IMG/VR virus record: IMGVR_UViG_3300025133_000020
Length of the DNA: 64,000 nt
Reading direction: 5' to 3' (one strand)
Source: a virus
Taxonomy: Duplodnaviria; Caudoviricetes
Shown piece after piece: positions 31,973-42,372 of the stretch; within the stretch, counting starts at the first letter, position 1, and every line of letters begins with the position of its first letter. The position numbers and the translations under genes are program-made. The notes below the pieces were generated by a model. It worked only from the letters and a program-made list of their open reading frames with translations, searched no databases and was not told where the DNA came from.

Positions 31973-32577
31973 TAATAGATAAAACCAGATATAGACTTCC
32001 AGAAGTCAATTATGTAAAGGAGACCACCTTCAAAAGTAAAATAATGTTCATGAACAGTTACAACACTGGTATGAACCATTATACTGGGTGGTTGAATAGA
32101 TTAAATGGGGAGTATAAGCATACCACAGCGTATACCATAGATAAGGATGGGCAAGTATACCAACACTTCAACCCTGATTACTGTGCCAAGATATTTGACC
32201 GTAAGATTGATGATACAATCATCGGGATAAGTATGGTTAATTTAGGTTATCTTAAATTGGATAGTGACATTGATTCGTTTATTACGTGGTTGGGGGATAT
32301 TTATAAGGGAGATAAGGTTGTGGAGAAGAGATGGCGAGGACATAAGTTCTGGGAACCATATACTGATGAGCAGAAGAAATCAGCAATAGAACTGGCAAAG
32401 TATCTATGTGACAGATTCACTATCGGTAATAATACGGTAACCCATAACACTAAATTGGATACGCCAAACACCTTTAGTGGTGTGATGTATCGAAGCAACT
32501 TTGATAAATATTATAGTGATTTATCTCCAGCGTGGGATTTTGAGCTACTTAAAGACAGCATGGAAAATGGGAGTTAG
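31969..32577 (+). CDS. amidase_2-like protein, catalytic residues apparently lost
   Basis: YTIDKDGQVYQ, IGISMVNLG, YTDEQ, DLSPAWD match the amidase fold; HHT/AWH/GIE are absent. Confidence 0.6.
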   Translation: MIIDKTRYRLPEVNYVKETTFKSKIMFMNSYNTGMNHYTGWLNRLNGEYKHTTAYTIDKDGQVYQHFNPDYCAKIFDRKIDDTIIGISMVNLGYLKLDSDIDSFITWLGDIYKGDKVVEKRWRGHKFWEPYTDEQKKSAIELAKYLCDRFTIGNNTVTHNTKLDTPNTFSGVMYRSNFDKYYSDLSPAWDFELLKDSMENGS

Positions 32578-33010
32578 AAGAAAAAAAATAAGTAACGATA
32601 AGCCTCTTATCAATGAGTATGATTTAACTAAATTAATGCTTAATAAGGTACGTGAAGGTATCATAACTGAAGAGAAGAATGATAGTATTGTTCTTGACGG
32701 ACCTGAACTAAAACAAGAGAGGGATAAGTTCGAAGAGGCTATTGGTGTTTTAGGTAACATCAAGGGTTATGGTGATTTGATTGTCTATCCATACGATAAT
32801 AACGTAGTATGGAGTGGTGACTTCCATAATGGTTTAAGATGGGCTTTCAGTCTAAGAGAAAAAACTGAATTAGAAGGTGTTATGACAGTTGATGACCAAG
32901 AGTTAGAGTTGATGGATAAGATAAAGAGATACGGAGATAGTTGGACAAATGAATGGGCAAAAAAGTTACGAGATGATTACAAAACGCAATCAGATGGGGG
33001 GCGACAATAA
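32567..33010 (+). CDS. hypothetical (head-associated?) protein
   Basis: ATG at 32567; KVREGIITEE motif. Confidence 0.55.
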   Translation: MGVRRKKISNDKPLINEYDLTKLMLNKVREGIITEEKNDSIVLDGPELKQERDKFEEAIGVLGNIKGYGDLIVYPYDNNVVWSGDFHNGLRWAFSLREKTELEGVMTVDDQELELMDKIKRYGDSWTNEWAKKLRDDYKTQSDGGRQ

Positions 33011-33389
33011 AGTTGTATGGGTATCCATTGGGGTTAATGTTTTACTTGGGGTAGCGTTAGTGCTATTCATAGCGTTCGGGAGAACGAAACCTATTGAGGA
33101 ATATGATGCTGAGATAGCTACATTAAAGACCGAAAATAAAGGTCTTATTTCGGATGTGGATAGGTTAGAGAAGGACAATAAAGATTCTGATAAGAGGTAC
33201 AAACAATTAACCAAGGAGTACGCTATAACCATGTCTGACCTTATTGAGAGTGATAAGATAATAAAACGATTAACAGAAAAAAGACCTACAAATGGGAAGA
33301 GTCCTTATGTTGATAGCCTTTCTGATGATGCCATTATTGGCGAGTACACAGAGTATTTCAAAAGGAGAGCTAAGAGAAACAAAGAGTAA
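32994..33389 (+). CDS. N-terminal TM + coiled-coil protein (spanin-like candidate)
   Basis: TM then heptads; overlaps next gene by 98 nt. Confidence 0.5.
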   Translation: MGGDNKVVWVSIGVNVLLGVALVLFIAFGRTKPIEEYDAEIATLKTENKGLISDVDRLEKDNKDSDKRYKQLTKEYAITMSDLIESDKIIKRLTEKRPTNGKSPYVDSLSDDAIIGEYTEYFKRRAKRNKE

Positions 33390-33825
33390 TCCGCATACCT
33401 ATCAGGATAGTATCCCACGTGGTACACTTATAGGTACGGTGAATAGTCTTGGTGAGTTAATTCTACACTTACACGTGGAAGATGCTCGACTGATATTGAC
33501 CGATTTATTGGACTATGAACTTATAGTAGACAGTATTATGCCAGCGTATGAGAGTCGAGACTCCATACAACAAAAGGCTATAACCATCAACCTATCCAAG
33601 ATAGCTGAATTACAATTTCAAAGTGAGAACTGTGAGGAACAGAAACTCAAATTGGAAGGTTTAATTGCCAATATACGGGAAATCGGTGGGTTTAAAGACC
33701 TTACGATAGAGAATGCGAAGGATGTCATAAAGAAGGAAAAGATAAAGAAGGGGTTAGCCTTTGGTGGTGGCACCTTGGGTGGTGTCGGATTAGGAATTCT
33801 AATCGGTTTTTTCTTAGCCAAGTAA
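33292..33825 (+). CDS. signal peptide + C-terminal TM protein (lysis accessory candidate)
   Basis: signal-like N-terminus, coiled coil, GLAFGGGTLGGVGLGILIGFF tail. Confidence 0.5.
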   Translation: MGRVLMLIAFLMMPLLASTQSISKGELRETKSNPHTYQDSIPRGTLIGTVNSLGELILHLHVEDARLILTDLLDYELIVDSIMPAYESRDSIQQKAITINLSKIAELQFQSENCEEQKLKLEGLIANIREIGGFKDLTIENAKDVIKKEKIKKGLAFGGGTLGGVGLGILIGFFLAK

Positions 33826-33835
33826 ATCAAAACTT

Positions 33836-33862
33836 AAAGCCTCTACCAAAGAGGCTTTTTTT
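33836..33862 (+). terminator. intrinsic terminator
   Basis: AAAGCCTCT-ACCAA-AGAGGCTTT then T tract. Confidence 0.8.
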
Positions 33863-33903
33863 GTGGGTTTGTAGCCTATTTATATGAGAGTGATAATAAA
33901 ACT

Positions 33904-34155
33904 ATGGATAATAGAAAGGAGAGAATATTAGAAGAGCTTACACAGTCCGACAAGATTGAAGTTAAGAAGTATGTACTTACATCTAGAGATTTGGAAGAGA
34001 AAATCAACAAGATAGTCAAAGCCAAGCTGAAGAATAATAAGGAGATGGATGACCAAGTAGTTCAGATAACCAAAAACGTACTAACACAACTATTCAAAGC
34101 CCTATGGGTTAAGAGGTCGTTCTGGAAGTCAACCTTATCTAATAGAGCCACATAA
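33904..34155 (+). CDS. hypothetical protein
   Basis: 83 aa; upstream CTATTTATA. Confidence 0.65.
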   Translation: MDNRKERILEELTQSDKIEVKKYVLTSRDLEEKINKIVKAKLKNNKEMDDQVVQITKNVLTQLFKALWVKRSFWKSTLSNRAT

Positions 34156-35411
34156 TGAAGAAGATTAGAATCACAGAGGAACAAGCGGATATGTTAACCA
34201 AATTACCACAAAAAAAAGTGGTGAAGGTTACCCCACATCAGTTTAATATCATACGAGAAAGTCTTGGTGATAAGATTGATGCTAACTTCAAAAAGGAGTT
34301 TAGGGGTATTAAGACTGAAGGTGCCTTGAATGAGAGTCCAACCGTAGAGATATTAGAACTACTTAGAGCAGTAATAGATTTCATACTTAATGAGTTGAAT
34401 AATAACACCAGTGCTGGGCTAGACCCAATATTTGTGGAGATGGGTGTAACCCGTGGAGAGATATTCACACTATTAAGTGACTTAGGTCTAATAGGAATGA
34501 CATTTTATCAATACACATATAACCAGAAGATTCAAGCGATTAAAGGCACTATTAAGACGATATACAGAGAACTTAGAGGTAAAGGAGATGTGAATAAAGT
34601 TGGTGCTGAAAGTACAGGTGCCGCAGGTGCAAGTGGTCAATATACTGCTGGAATGGCAATGAAGCCAAGTAGTAGTTATAACCCTGAATTATCCCCTGTC
34701 TCTCAAATGGGTGCCGATATAGAAACTGAACCATTACTGGTTAGTTCTGATTCAGCTTTTCAAGAGTTAATGGGTCTTGAGGTTGGAACCGAAAGAGAAT
34801 ACTTCACGGTTGCTGGTGTTGAGGATAAAAGAGTTGACGAGAACGGTGATACCATCTTTTTAGTTAAATTACACGATAAGGATGGTAACCTTAGTAACGC
34901 TCATCTATTATACAGATTTAAAGCTGCCGAACACAGAGCATTCCTTCAATTCAATAGAGATTTTGATGGTTTAGTTGATGCGTCTGAGGCTATGGCTGAG
35001 GTGTATCATGATAACCTAAATACGATAGGTAAGGCTCTAACCAAACAAGTAATGGTAACCGATGAATCTACAACCTCTGGTGGGATGTCGGCTGCTGGCG
35101 GCTCAATGGAATTCGATGCGAACGCTTTAGGTGGTAAGATAGGTCAGGATGTTGGTGGTATGGTACAGAATATAGATGCTAACGATACTAATATGTTAAC
35201 CAGTAGGGAAGGTAGTAAACCTAAAGGTATCCGTGAAGTAGATAATATGAAGGATGCGGCATATCCAGATGGTGGTTTTGTGGAGATAGATGACTGTGCC
35301 AAATTGAATAATAACAAGGAAGCCGAAAATGGTGGATGTAGTCAAGGTGACGATGGTGTAGTAAGCGTCAAAAAGACTAAAAATTCCGTTGTTTCCAACC
35401 AAAAAGGTTAA
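34155..35411 (+). CDS. putative head/internal protein
   Basis: MKKIRITEEQ leader; several L/I-x-E motifs. Confidence 0.5.
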   Translation: MKKIRITEEQADMLTKLPQKKVVKVTPHQFNIIRESLGDKIDANFKKEFRGIKTEGALNESPTVEILELLRAVIDFILNELNNNTSAGLDPIFVEMGVTRGEIFTLLSDLGLIGMTFYQYTYNQKIQAIKGTIKTIYRELRGKGDVNKVGAESTGAAGASGQYTAGMAMKPSSSYNPELSPVSQMGADIETEPLLVSSDSAFQELMGLEVGTEREYFTVAGVEDKRVDENGDTIFLVKLHDKDGNLSNAHLLYRFKAAEHRAFLQFNRDFDGLVDASEAMAEVYHDNLNTIGKALTKQVMVTDESTTSGGMSAAGGSMEFDANALGGKIGQDVGGMVQNIDANDTNMLTSREGSKPKGIREVDNMKDAAYPDGGFVEIDDCAKLNNNKEAENGGCSQGDDGVVSVKKTKNSVVSNQKG

Positions 35412-35462
35412 TAACGCAAACTTTATTGATTGCAATGATATTTATAGTTAAAGCAAGTTTAA

Positions 35463-36878
35463 ATGGATAAGAAAGACATACTAGCTCAATTACGTACTGA
35501 AGCCGCAATTCCAGGTGTAGCGCAAACCAAAAAGGTTCAGCGTGAAGCTAAAAAACAGAACGACAAGGCTTATAAGGATATTGAGAAGGAAATGAAGGCT
35601 TATGAGAAGGACTCTACCCAAAGTGGTAAAGATTCCATCGAGCCTGTCATGGATATATACGCTGACAGTGACGAAGATACGTATCACCAAGATATGGAGA
35701 TTCTGAATGGTCAAGAAATGCTTAATTACGATGGTACCCCATCAAAGCAATTTGCCGAAAGAGCTAGAATGTCTCTTGAAGGTGCCGCAGAGATGGGTAA
35801 TAGTCCAGAGTGGGCTAACGTTGTGGCTAAAGGTCAAGGTGGTGACCCAAAATTCGGTAAGAAACTGGTTGACAGAATTAAAGACTCTAAGAAGAAGAGA
35901 GATGATGCAACACCAGCTCTTGACCAATTTGGAGATGATATCGAAGAAAAGAACGTAGGTATCAAGGGTACTAAAGATGAAATAAAACCAAAACTTAAAA
36001 CCAAAAAGGTTGCGGTAGAAACAAAAGAAACTAAAAAGGAGACTATTATGGAAACTAAGAAAATTAAAAGATTGAAATTCAAGCAAACTATTGGTGGTCT
36101 TGAGAAAGCATTGTCAATTATCCCAGAAAGCTACAAAGTAGACAACAAGGTATTTGAAATGACTGATGGTAATGAGAACTACCGATTCAGATGGGAAGGT
36201 GATACCGAAGGTAACGCTGTAACTCTTAAGGCTTATGACGATACTTTAGTTGAGTCTGATAAGTCTAGAATGGAAGCTCTTATGGGCTTCAAGTCTGACT
36301 TAGGAATCCCTACATCAGCTCAAAGACTATCTGAGAATGATATGTTCTTGACTATGCTTGGTAAAGCAAAGGAGTTGAATGAAGAAAAAGAAGAAACAGC
36401 AGAAGTTATTGCTGAAGCTACAGAAGCAACACCTGAAGTAGTAACAGAAGCAGTAGAAGCGGTTACTGAAGGTACAGAGGCTGTAAAAAAAAAAGTCTTA
36501 ACTGAAATCTCTGACGAGAAGAAAAAAGAACACGCACGTGACCAGCATCACCACAGCGACTTCCCAGATGGGTCTAAGTCAAACTGTTGTGGTGCTTCTT
36601 TTGTTGATGGAGACAGATGTTCCAAATGTAAAGAACACGCTTCCCCAGCTAAAAACGAAGGTACTTCAATAACTGAAGCACCTCTAGCTGCCCCCAAGGG
36701 ATTCAAATTTGAACCAGATGAGCATGAGCATGACCCACATGCGCCAGAAGAATTTGAACGAGACCCAAGAACTCACAGCCAAACAATGGGGGATGATAGG
36801 CGTGAATATGCTCAAGAAATGGTTAAAAGGGGTAAATGGAGTAAAGAGCAAGCTTATGAGTATATAATGGGGGCATAA
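35463..36878 (+). CDS. acidic/basic coiled-coil protein (prohead core/scaffold-like candidate)
   Basis: many LxE/VTE motifs; A10 run at 36485-36494; ATATTTATA at 35438-35446. Confidence 0.5.
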   Translation: MDKKDILAQLRTEAAIPGVAQTKKVQREAKKQNDKAYKDIEKEMKAYEKDSTQSGKDSIEPVMDIYADSDEDTYHQDMEILNGQEMLNYDGTPSKQFAERARMSLEGAAEMGNSPEWANVVAKGQGGDPKFGKKLVDRIKDSKKKRDDATPALDQFGDDIEEKNVGIKGTKDEIKPKLKTKKVAVETKETKKETIMETKKIKRLKFKQTIGGLEKALSIIPESYKVDNKVFEMTDGNENYRFRWEGDTEGNAVTLKAYDDTLVESDKSRMEALMGFKSDLGIPTSAQRLSENDMFLTMLGKAKELNEEKEETAEVIAEATEATPEVVTEAVEAVTEGTEAVKKKVLTEISDEKKKEHARDQHHHSDFPDGSKSNCCGASFVDGDRCSKCKEHASPAKNEGTSITEAPLAAPKGFKFEPDEHEHDPHAPEEFERDPRTHSQTMGDDRREYAQEMVKRGKWSKEQAYEYIMGA

Positions 36879-36888
36879 TAAATTTATA

Positions 36889-37626
36889 ATGTCAAAAGAA
36901 ATGATAACAGTAGCCTTAAGGAAGCATCTCACTGAAAATCTGATTTTGGAAGAACTAGATGCTGAAGAAGAGTATTATAAAAAACTAGAGGATAGGTACT
37001 ATAACGACATTGATGGGTACGACCCAGATGAAGATGATGACTTTAGACGTTTCAAAGACGATGCACCAATTTATCTCGTGAGGAAAATGGCAATTAATAA
37101 GATGTTTCGTGAATATGAGAAGGATTATCTTAAGGCGTTTACCCACATTTTTGGTGATGATGAGGGTAATAGGATATTAAAGGATATTAATCAGGGTATT
37201 AATCAGGGTAGGCACGTTGTGGCATTTACGTCACCTGTGATAGAAGCCCGCAAGGTATCGACAACAAATTTAGATTCTGCTGAGTTAGCTGGTCACCATT
37301 ATGATGATGATGGATTTAACGGGGATATTAATATAGATGTTGAGCTTAATGGGTTTTATAAATTAAACATCATCGATAAACTAGAATCAGATATAAAAAA
37401 ATATGAGGAAGGGGAAAAGAGGTCATTCATGGTTAAGACGGAATTACCAAATATTAAAACTTTTCTAAATAAATTCACACCTCGCGAGGTATATAATTTT
37501 CAAGTATTGTTTGGTAATAAACCATCAATAATTAAACAAACATCGCTAGTTAATTTAATCAATGATTTACCATTGGATACACTTAAACAGATTATTGATA
37601 TACGTGTCACAAATAAACAAGGCTAA
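36889..37626 (+). CDS. hypothetical protein with leader
   Basis: MSKEMITVALRKHLTENLILEE. Confidence 0.6.
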   Translation: MSKEMITVALRKHLTENLILEELDAEEEYYKKLEDRYYNDIDGYDPDEDDDFRRFKDDAPIYLVRKMAINKMFREYEKDYLKAFTHIFGDDEGNRILKDINQGINQGRHVVAFTSPVIEARKVSTTNLDSAELAGHHYDDDGFNGDINIDVELNGFYKLNIIDKLESDIKKYEEGEKRSFMVKTELPNIKTFLNKFTPREVYNFQVLFGNKPSIIKQTSLVNLINDLPLDTLKQIIDIRVTNKQG

Positions 37627-38192
37627 TGAGAAGACGAGACAAATCAAAGAATATAACTAAAGCTAATCTATTGGCTGAACAACGTTATCTTGAATCTAAG
37701 GGGTTGCTTAAAGAAGATGACCTATCAGGTGAATACTCATTTAAAACTGATGGTGGTTATATGGTTGCAGGTGCAGTTAGAATGAAGCCAGAACAACTAA
37801 GTCTACAGATTGGCAATAACAAGTATTTTTCTTTCTGGGAAGGTGAATTCTCAAGCGGTGGGGTTAAAATTGTTGGTGGAGCCGATGAACAATCTCAAGC
37901 GTGGTTAGACCAAGCTACTGAAGTATATAATGCTGCCGAAAGAAAATCTTACCCAGAAAAGTTTGCTGAAAGAGAGGGTTCCAGAAAAATCCTTATCAAG
38001 AGTAAAGACGATTGGGCACGAGAAGCGACCAACCTTAAAAGCAAGGGGTACACGTATAAATCACAACATGAAATAAAACCAGAAAGAGGTTTTGTTGCTA
38101 TGCATAATTACGCTAACTATCCGTATGAAGTTATCGTTGACGATAACGCTAAGACTATAGATTTTGGTGACCATACGATTAAACAGAATTAA
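37626..38192 (+). CDS. putative internal virion protein, shared leader
   Basis: MRRRDKSKNITKANLLAEQRYLESKGLLKE. Confidence 0.6.
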   Translation: MRRRDKSKNITKANLLAEQRYLESKGLLKEDDLSGEYSFKTDGGYMVAGAVRMKPEQLSLQIGNNKYFSFWEGEFSSGGVKIVGGADEQSQAWLDQATEVYNAAERKSYPEKFAEREGSRKILIKSKDDWAREATNLKSKGYTYKSQHEIKPERGFVAMHNYANYPYEVIVDDNAKTIDFGDHTIKQN

Positions 38193-38196
38193 ACTA

Positions 38197-38721
38197 ATGG
38201 AAAGAGGGAATAGAGCAAGAAGAATTGAAAAAGCTAATAGATTAGCCGAAGAACGTCACCTTAATAGGGGTGTAATAGTAGAGAACGAATTCAGTCATAA
38301 TGGTATGGCACCCTTCATGGACGTACATAAGGATGGTACTTTCAGTGATGCTGATAAAGAACCAGTTGAAGATGAGGTGGCTGTTAATGAGGATGTGGTA
38401 AACGAGATTGATATGGATATTATCAACGCTGCTGGTGATTGGATTACTGGTGGTGGTATGGTAAGTGTCGGTGGTGAATCAGTTCCAAGGAACTTAGCAA
38501 CATTAGCTATGAGTATTATGCCAGCCGCAGCAGCAGCAGGTTTCGTAGCAACATTTTGGAGTGAAATTAAAGCTAAGGTTGGTGGTAAGGGTGATATAGA
38601 AGAACTTTCTCCAGCCGCAAAAGATGCTGAAAAGAGTAGACCACCAAGACAACAACATAATGAGCGCCCATCTAAACCAAAAGAAGATAGGGCTAATAAT
38701 TCAAGTAAAGAAAGAAGGTAA
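38197..38721 (+). CDS. putative internal virion protein, shared leader
   Basis: MERGNRARRIEKANRLAEERHLNRGVIVE. Confidence 0.6.
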   Translation: MERGNRARRIEKANRLAEERHLNRGVIVENEFSHNGMAPFMDVHKDGTFSDADKEPVEDEVAVNEDVVNEIDMDIINAAGDWITGGGMVSVGGESVPRNLATLAMSIMPAAAAAGFVATFWSEIKAKVGGKGDIEELSPAAKDAEKSRPPRQQHNERPSKPKEDRANNSSKERR

Positions 38722-38723
38722 TC

Positions 38724-39578
38724 ATGAGAAGACGAGACAAATTAAAGAATATTGAAAGGGTTAATCTATTAGCCGAACAAAGATACCTTGAATCAAAGGG
38801 GGTGTTGAAAGAAGAAATGGACGTTAATACTATTCAACGAAACTTAGCCAGTATGTTTACCTTTGACTTTCAAGGTCAAAGACACACTATTGGAGTTAGG
38901 GATGTTGTTCGTGCTCAATTTGGGCGACATAAGGATTTAAACATTGATGTTGTGTTAGAAGATAATAACATACTCGGTAATAAAGTTACTATTACCGTTG
39001 GGAATAAAATGGAGTATATCTTCATATTAAATAAAGGTAGAACCACCGATTGTACTTTGGTAGGTGACACTAAATCTTGGCTACTTAGGGTTAGGGAAAT
39101 GATGTTAGAGCAACAACAAGGTACGGATGAGAATATTCAGGAGGATGAATCTGAAGGTGGTGACGAACAAAGGAAAATCGAACTAGTACTTCAAATGACT
39201 AAAGAGATGGGTAGTCGTCTTGCTAGTGAAATTAAGAAGATGGGTATTGATGGCAACGGTTACCAAATGGGTATAAAAGGTGAGGGTCTTGGTCAATATT
39301 TAGAAATAACATTCAATACGGATGTTGTTGATTATGAGTCACAATTTAAGACTTTGGAGACTGGGTACTTAAATCACTTGAAATTGGGGTTAGTAAAAGA
39401 ACGTGGGCTTGGAGGTGAATACGAACAATATGTGAATACTGGTGACCAAAATACCATAAAGTGGCAAATTAAGTATACACCGCCAGAACAGCTACAAGGT
39501 GGTGAACAACAAGGTGGTGACGAAGGTGGAGAACAACAAAGTCAACCACCAGCAAGACCGCCAGTACCAGGACAATAA
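38724..39578 (+). CDS. putative internal virion protein, shared leader
   Basis: MRRRDKLKNIERVNLLAEQRYLESKGVLKE. Confidence 0.6.
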   Translation: MRRRDKLKNIERVNLLAEQRYLESKGVLKEEMDVNTIQRNLASMFTFDFQGQRHTIGVRDVVRAQFGRHKDLNIDVVLEDNNILGNKVTITVGNKMEYIFILNKGRTTDCTLVGDTKSWLLRVREMMLEQQQGTDENIQEDESEGGDEQRKIELVLQMTKEMGSRLASEIKKMGIDGNGYQMGIKGEGLGQYLEITFNTDVVDYESQFKTLETGYLNHLKLGLVKERGLGGEYEQYVNTGDQNTIKWQIKYTPPEQLQGGEQQGGDEGGEQQSQPPARPPVPGQ

Positions 39579-39581
39579 GTT

Positions 39582-40523
39582 ATGAGAATAGAGAAAGGTA
39601 ATAGTGGTGAATCAGTAAGAGAAATCCAAGGACTTTTAGGTCTTAAGAAGGATGGTGAGTTTGGTAGGATAACCGAAGAGGCTGTCAAGAAGTTCCAAAG
39701 AAGTAGAGGTTTAGTAGCTGACGGTATTGTAGGTAATAAGACCTATGCAGCCATGATTGCTTTCACAAGTGATATATCTGATGGAACCTTCATAGATAAT
39801 GATGGTGTATTGGACGATAGAGGCGTTTATACGACCTCTGAAGGGCTTAACATCCATAGAATGTACTTGGACACCGATGAATACGTTACAGACCGTAGCA
39901 CAACCGTTAAGGATACCATATTCATTCATCACACAGCAGGCAGAGCCAACCCATTCAAAACAATCAAGAATTGGAACTTAGATACGAGAGGTAGAATCGC
40001 TACCCAGTACTGCATTGGTGGTACATCAATCAAAGGTGACTCAACTAATGATGGTGTGGTTGTAGAATGTTTTCCAGATGAATATTATGCTTGGCACTTA
40101 GGAAAAGTTGGTAGCCATCACATGCATACCCACTCAATCGGGATAGAACTGAATAATTGGGGATACTTATATAAGGATGGTGACGATTATTACAATTATG
40201 TTGATATTAAAATACCTAAAGAGCAAGTGGTACGATTGAAACGAAAGTTCAATGGTCACTACTATTATCACAAATATACAGACGCACAAATAGAATCGCT
40301 ACGGTTACTAATACTGGAGCTTAAAAGAAGACACCCACAGGTTAACATAAACCTTGGATTACCACAGATGTTATTGGGTATGGATAAATTCGAAGCATTC
40401 GGTTTCCAACAAATGGCATATGATGGTGAAATCAATGGTATTTTGACCCACACTAACGTAAGAAGAGATAAGACAGATTGCTCTCCCCAGACCAATTTGG
40501 TTAATATGCTAATTAATCTTTAA
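39582..40523 (+). CDS. endolysin: PG-binding domain + N-acetylmuramoyl-L-alanine amidase
   Basis: DGEFGRITEEAVKKFQ...ADGIVG PG_binding_1; IHHTAG, AWHLG, SIGIE, THTNV. Confidence 0.85.
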   Translation: MRIEKGNSGESVREIQGLLGLKKDGEFGRITEEAVKKFQRSRGLVADGIVGNKTYAAMIAFTSDISDGTFIDNDGVLDDRGVYTTSEGLNIHRMYLDTDEYVTDRSTTVKDTIFIHHTAGRANPFKTIKNWNLDTRGRIATQYCIGGTSIKGDSTNDGVVVECFPDEYYAWHLGKVGSHHMHTHSIGIELNNWGYLYKDGDDYYNYVDIKIPKEQVVRLKRKFNGHYYYHKYTDAQIESLRLLILELKRRHPQVNINLGLPQMLLGMDKFEAFGFQQMAYDGEINGILTHTNVRRDKTDCSPQTNLVNMLINL

Positions 40524-40565
40524 CACCTATTCACTTTCTTCCCCTTTTGCGTATTATTTACTTAT

Positions 40566-41066
40566 ATGAGTAGAAACGCAGAGTTCATTAGATATGTTAA
40601 GACCCCGTTGTCTGAAGAGAGCATCCAAATGCTATTAGATAGCCATGGGGTTACCTACGAGAAAGCAAAGTTATTCGGTGACTTTGTTAAGAGCTTTCTA
40701 ATGCGCTCATTCACCACCTATCTGGATGGTGTTGAAAGTAAAATCTATTCAACCAAAGAACAACAGAATAACCATTTCTTATGGGCTTGGAACACAACTA
40801 TAACAGATTTTAACAAAGAAAATATCATATTCTTTGATGATATTAAGGTTAGAGCGTATTTCAGGGCTGTTATGTTTGATTCGTTCTATACGTTTGAGGA
40901 TAAGTCATTAGATGGTTTTGATGTCAATAATATGTATAAGTTATGGTATACCCTATTCGATTATAAAGGTAGGAAGACCAGAATGGACGTTGACGGTTTT
41001 ACAGAGTTATATGACCTATTTAATGAAGCCCTTAAAGGAAAATTGGGAAAAAGACTTGATTTTTAA
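40566..41066 (+). CDS. hypothetical protein
   Basis: 166 aa ORF. Confidence 0.6.
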   Translation: MSRNAEFIRYVKTPLSEESIQMLLDSHGVTYEKAKLFGDFVKSFLMRSFTTYLDGVESKIYSTKEQQNNHFLWAWNTTITDFNKENIIFFDDIKVRAYFRAVMFDSFYTFEDKSLDGFDVNNMYKLWYTLFDYKGRKTRMDVDGFTELYDLFNEALKGKLGKRLDF

Positions 41067-41090
41067 GGAAAAGGTATATATACTTGTATC

Positions 41091-41327
41091 ATGAATAATA
41101 TATGGAAAGTAGTATTTGCTAATTTAGTTGCTGAGAATTCAACTTATAAAGCCGAGTTGCAGAGACTGTACAACTTGACCGATGTGTCAGTTGGTAGTAA
41201 AAGCTCACAGATAAGTGAGGCGTTGGGTAATTTAGTAATAAGTGACGCTAAGGTGATAAAGTGGCAAGAAATGAAGCCAACAGAGCCAGTAAAAGAAGGA
41301 GAAAATGGAGAAGTTCGAGAAGATTAA
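41091..41327 (+). CDS. hypothetical protein
   Basis: 78 aa; upstream TATACTTG promoter-like element. Confidence 0.55.
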   Translation: MNNIWKVVFANLVAENSTYKAELQRLYNLTDVSVGSKSSQISEALGNLVISDAKVIKWQEMKPTEPVKEGENGEVRED

Positions 41328-41514
41328 GAAATTTATAGAGGAAATAGAACCTGATGTTAAGAAGTTCTATGAGAAGGAGTTTGACCTTACTGGTGGTAGG
41401 GTTACCGTTGGTATGCAGAAATTAAAATTATTAGCTCATGATTTGAGGGGAGATATCCTGAAAATCAGAAATGAGAATAAGAGAATAAAAGCCGAGAAGA
41501 AAAAATGGAAATAA
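41305..41514 (+). CDS. small basic helical protein (Hc1/histone H1-like candidate)
   Basis: KKFYEKE...GGRVTVGMQKLKLLAHDLR pattern. Confidence 0.45.
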   Translation: MEKFEKIKKFIEEIEPDVKKFYEKEFDLTGGRVTVGMQKLKLLAHDLRGDILKIRNENKRIKAEKKKWK

Positions 41515-41726
41515 TATTAGCCCTTTTGAACAAATTTTTATGGTTTGGTTTATTCATGTCCATATTGAACATTATTAGACACATTTTCAATGTTATACAG
41601 ACGTATGTATTAAGTAATGAACAAGAGAGTGTCAAATACCTAATATCACCAACGGGGTTATTAGTATTAGGTTTATCCGTATCATACGTATTAATGACCA
41701 TTTTCAGTGGTATAGTTTTAAAGTAA
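41505..41726 (+). CDS. small membrane protein
   Basis: two hydrophobic segments. Confidence 0.55.
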   Translation: MEIILALLNKFLWFGLFMSILNIIRHIFNVIQTYVLSNEQESVKYLISPTGLLVLGLSVSYVLMTIFSGIVLK

Positions 41727-41730
41727 GGAG

Positions 41731-42372
41731 ATGAGTATACAAGAAAAATTAGATGCATTGAGTCCATTTGTGACTACAATAAGATATAGTGAGAGACCTA
41801 TCGTTGATATAGCCTTTCCACCATCATGGGGTTTACCAGAATCAAACAGTATTGAGGTAACGCTACTGGGAGACAGTACCGATGATATTAGTAGGTATAT
41901 GGTATACGGTGTGGAGACTGAAAAGGTAGATGTCGATGCGCTATTGGATTACATGTCAGTATCCATTAAACTGAATAAGGAGCGAGAAGCTAAGAAAACT
42001 ATGCTTAATGATAAGATAATGGAACTAACGACATTGTTTGATAAGACAGCATTATCAAAGCTTAAGAAGTTGAAGTTCACATTCGATGAACCTACCATCC
42101 CAACAATTAGTTTGGGTGAAATAGAGGAAGTCGAGGAAGTGGTAGAAGAACCAACATTCGTAGAAGCTGTAAGTGGTGATACCGTTGAAGGTGGTACTCA
42201 AACATGGTTAGATGCTGGGGAAGATGAAGAAGTGAGAACCCACATTACAAACAACGGTCAGAAGGTTGATTTACCACCTAAGAAGAAGGTTCCAGTACCA
42301 GTTGAAGCTCATGAAGCCCCAGCATGTAAATGTGCTGCTGGTGAGATGTGCCCTGAGTGTGCAGATATTTAA
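41731..42372 (+). CDS. hypothetical protein with C-terminal Cys cluster
   Basis: CKC...CPEC at C-terminus. Confidence 0.6.
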   Translation: MSIQEKLDALSPFVTTIRYSERPIVDIAFPPSWGLPESNSIEVTLLGDSTDDISRYMVYGVETEKVDVDALLDYMSVSIKLNKEREAKKTMLNDKIMELTTLFDKTALSKLKKLKFTFDEPTIPTISLGEIEEVEEVVEEPTFVEAVSGDTVEGGTQTWLDAGEDEEVRTHITNNGQKVDLPPKKKVPVPVEAHEAPACKCAAGEMCPECADI

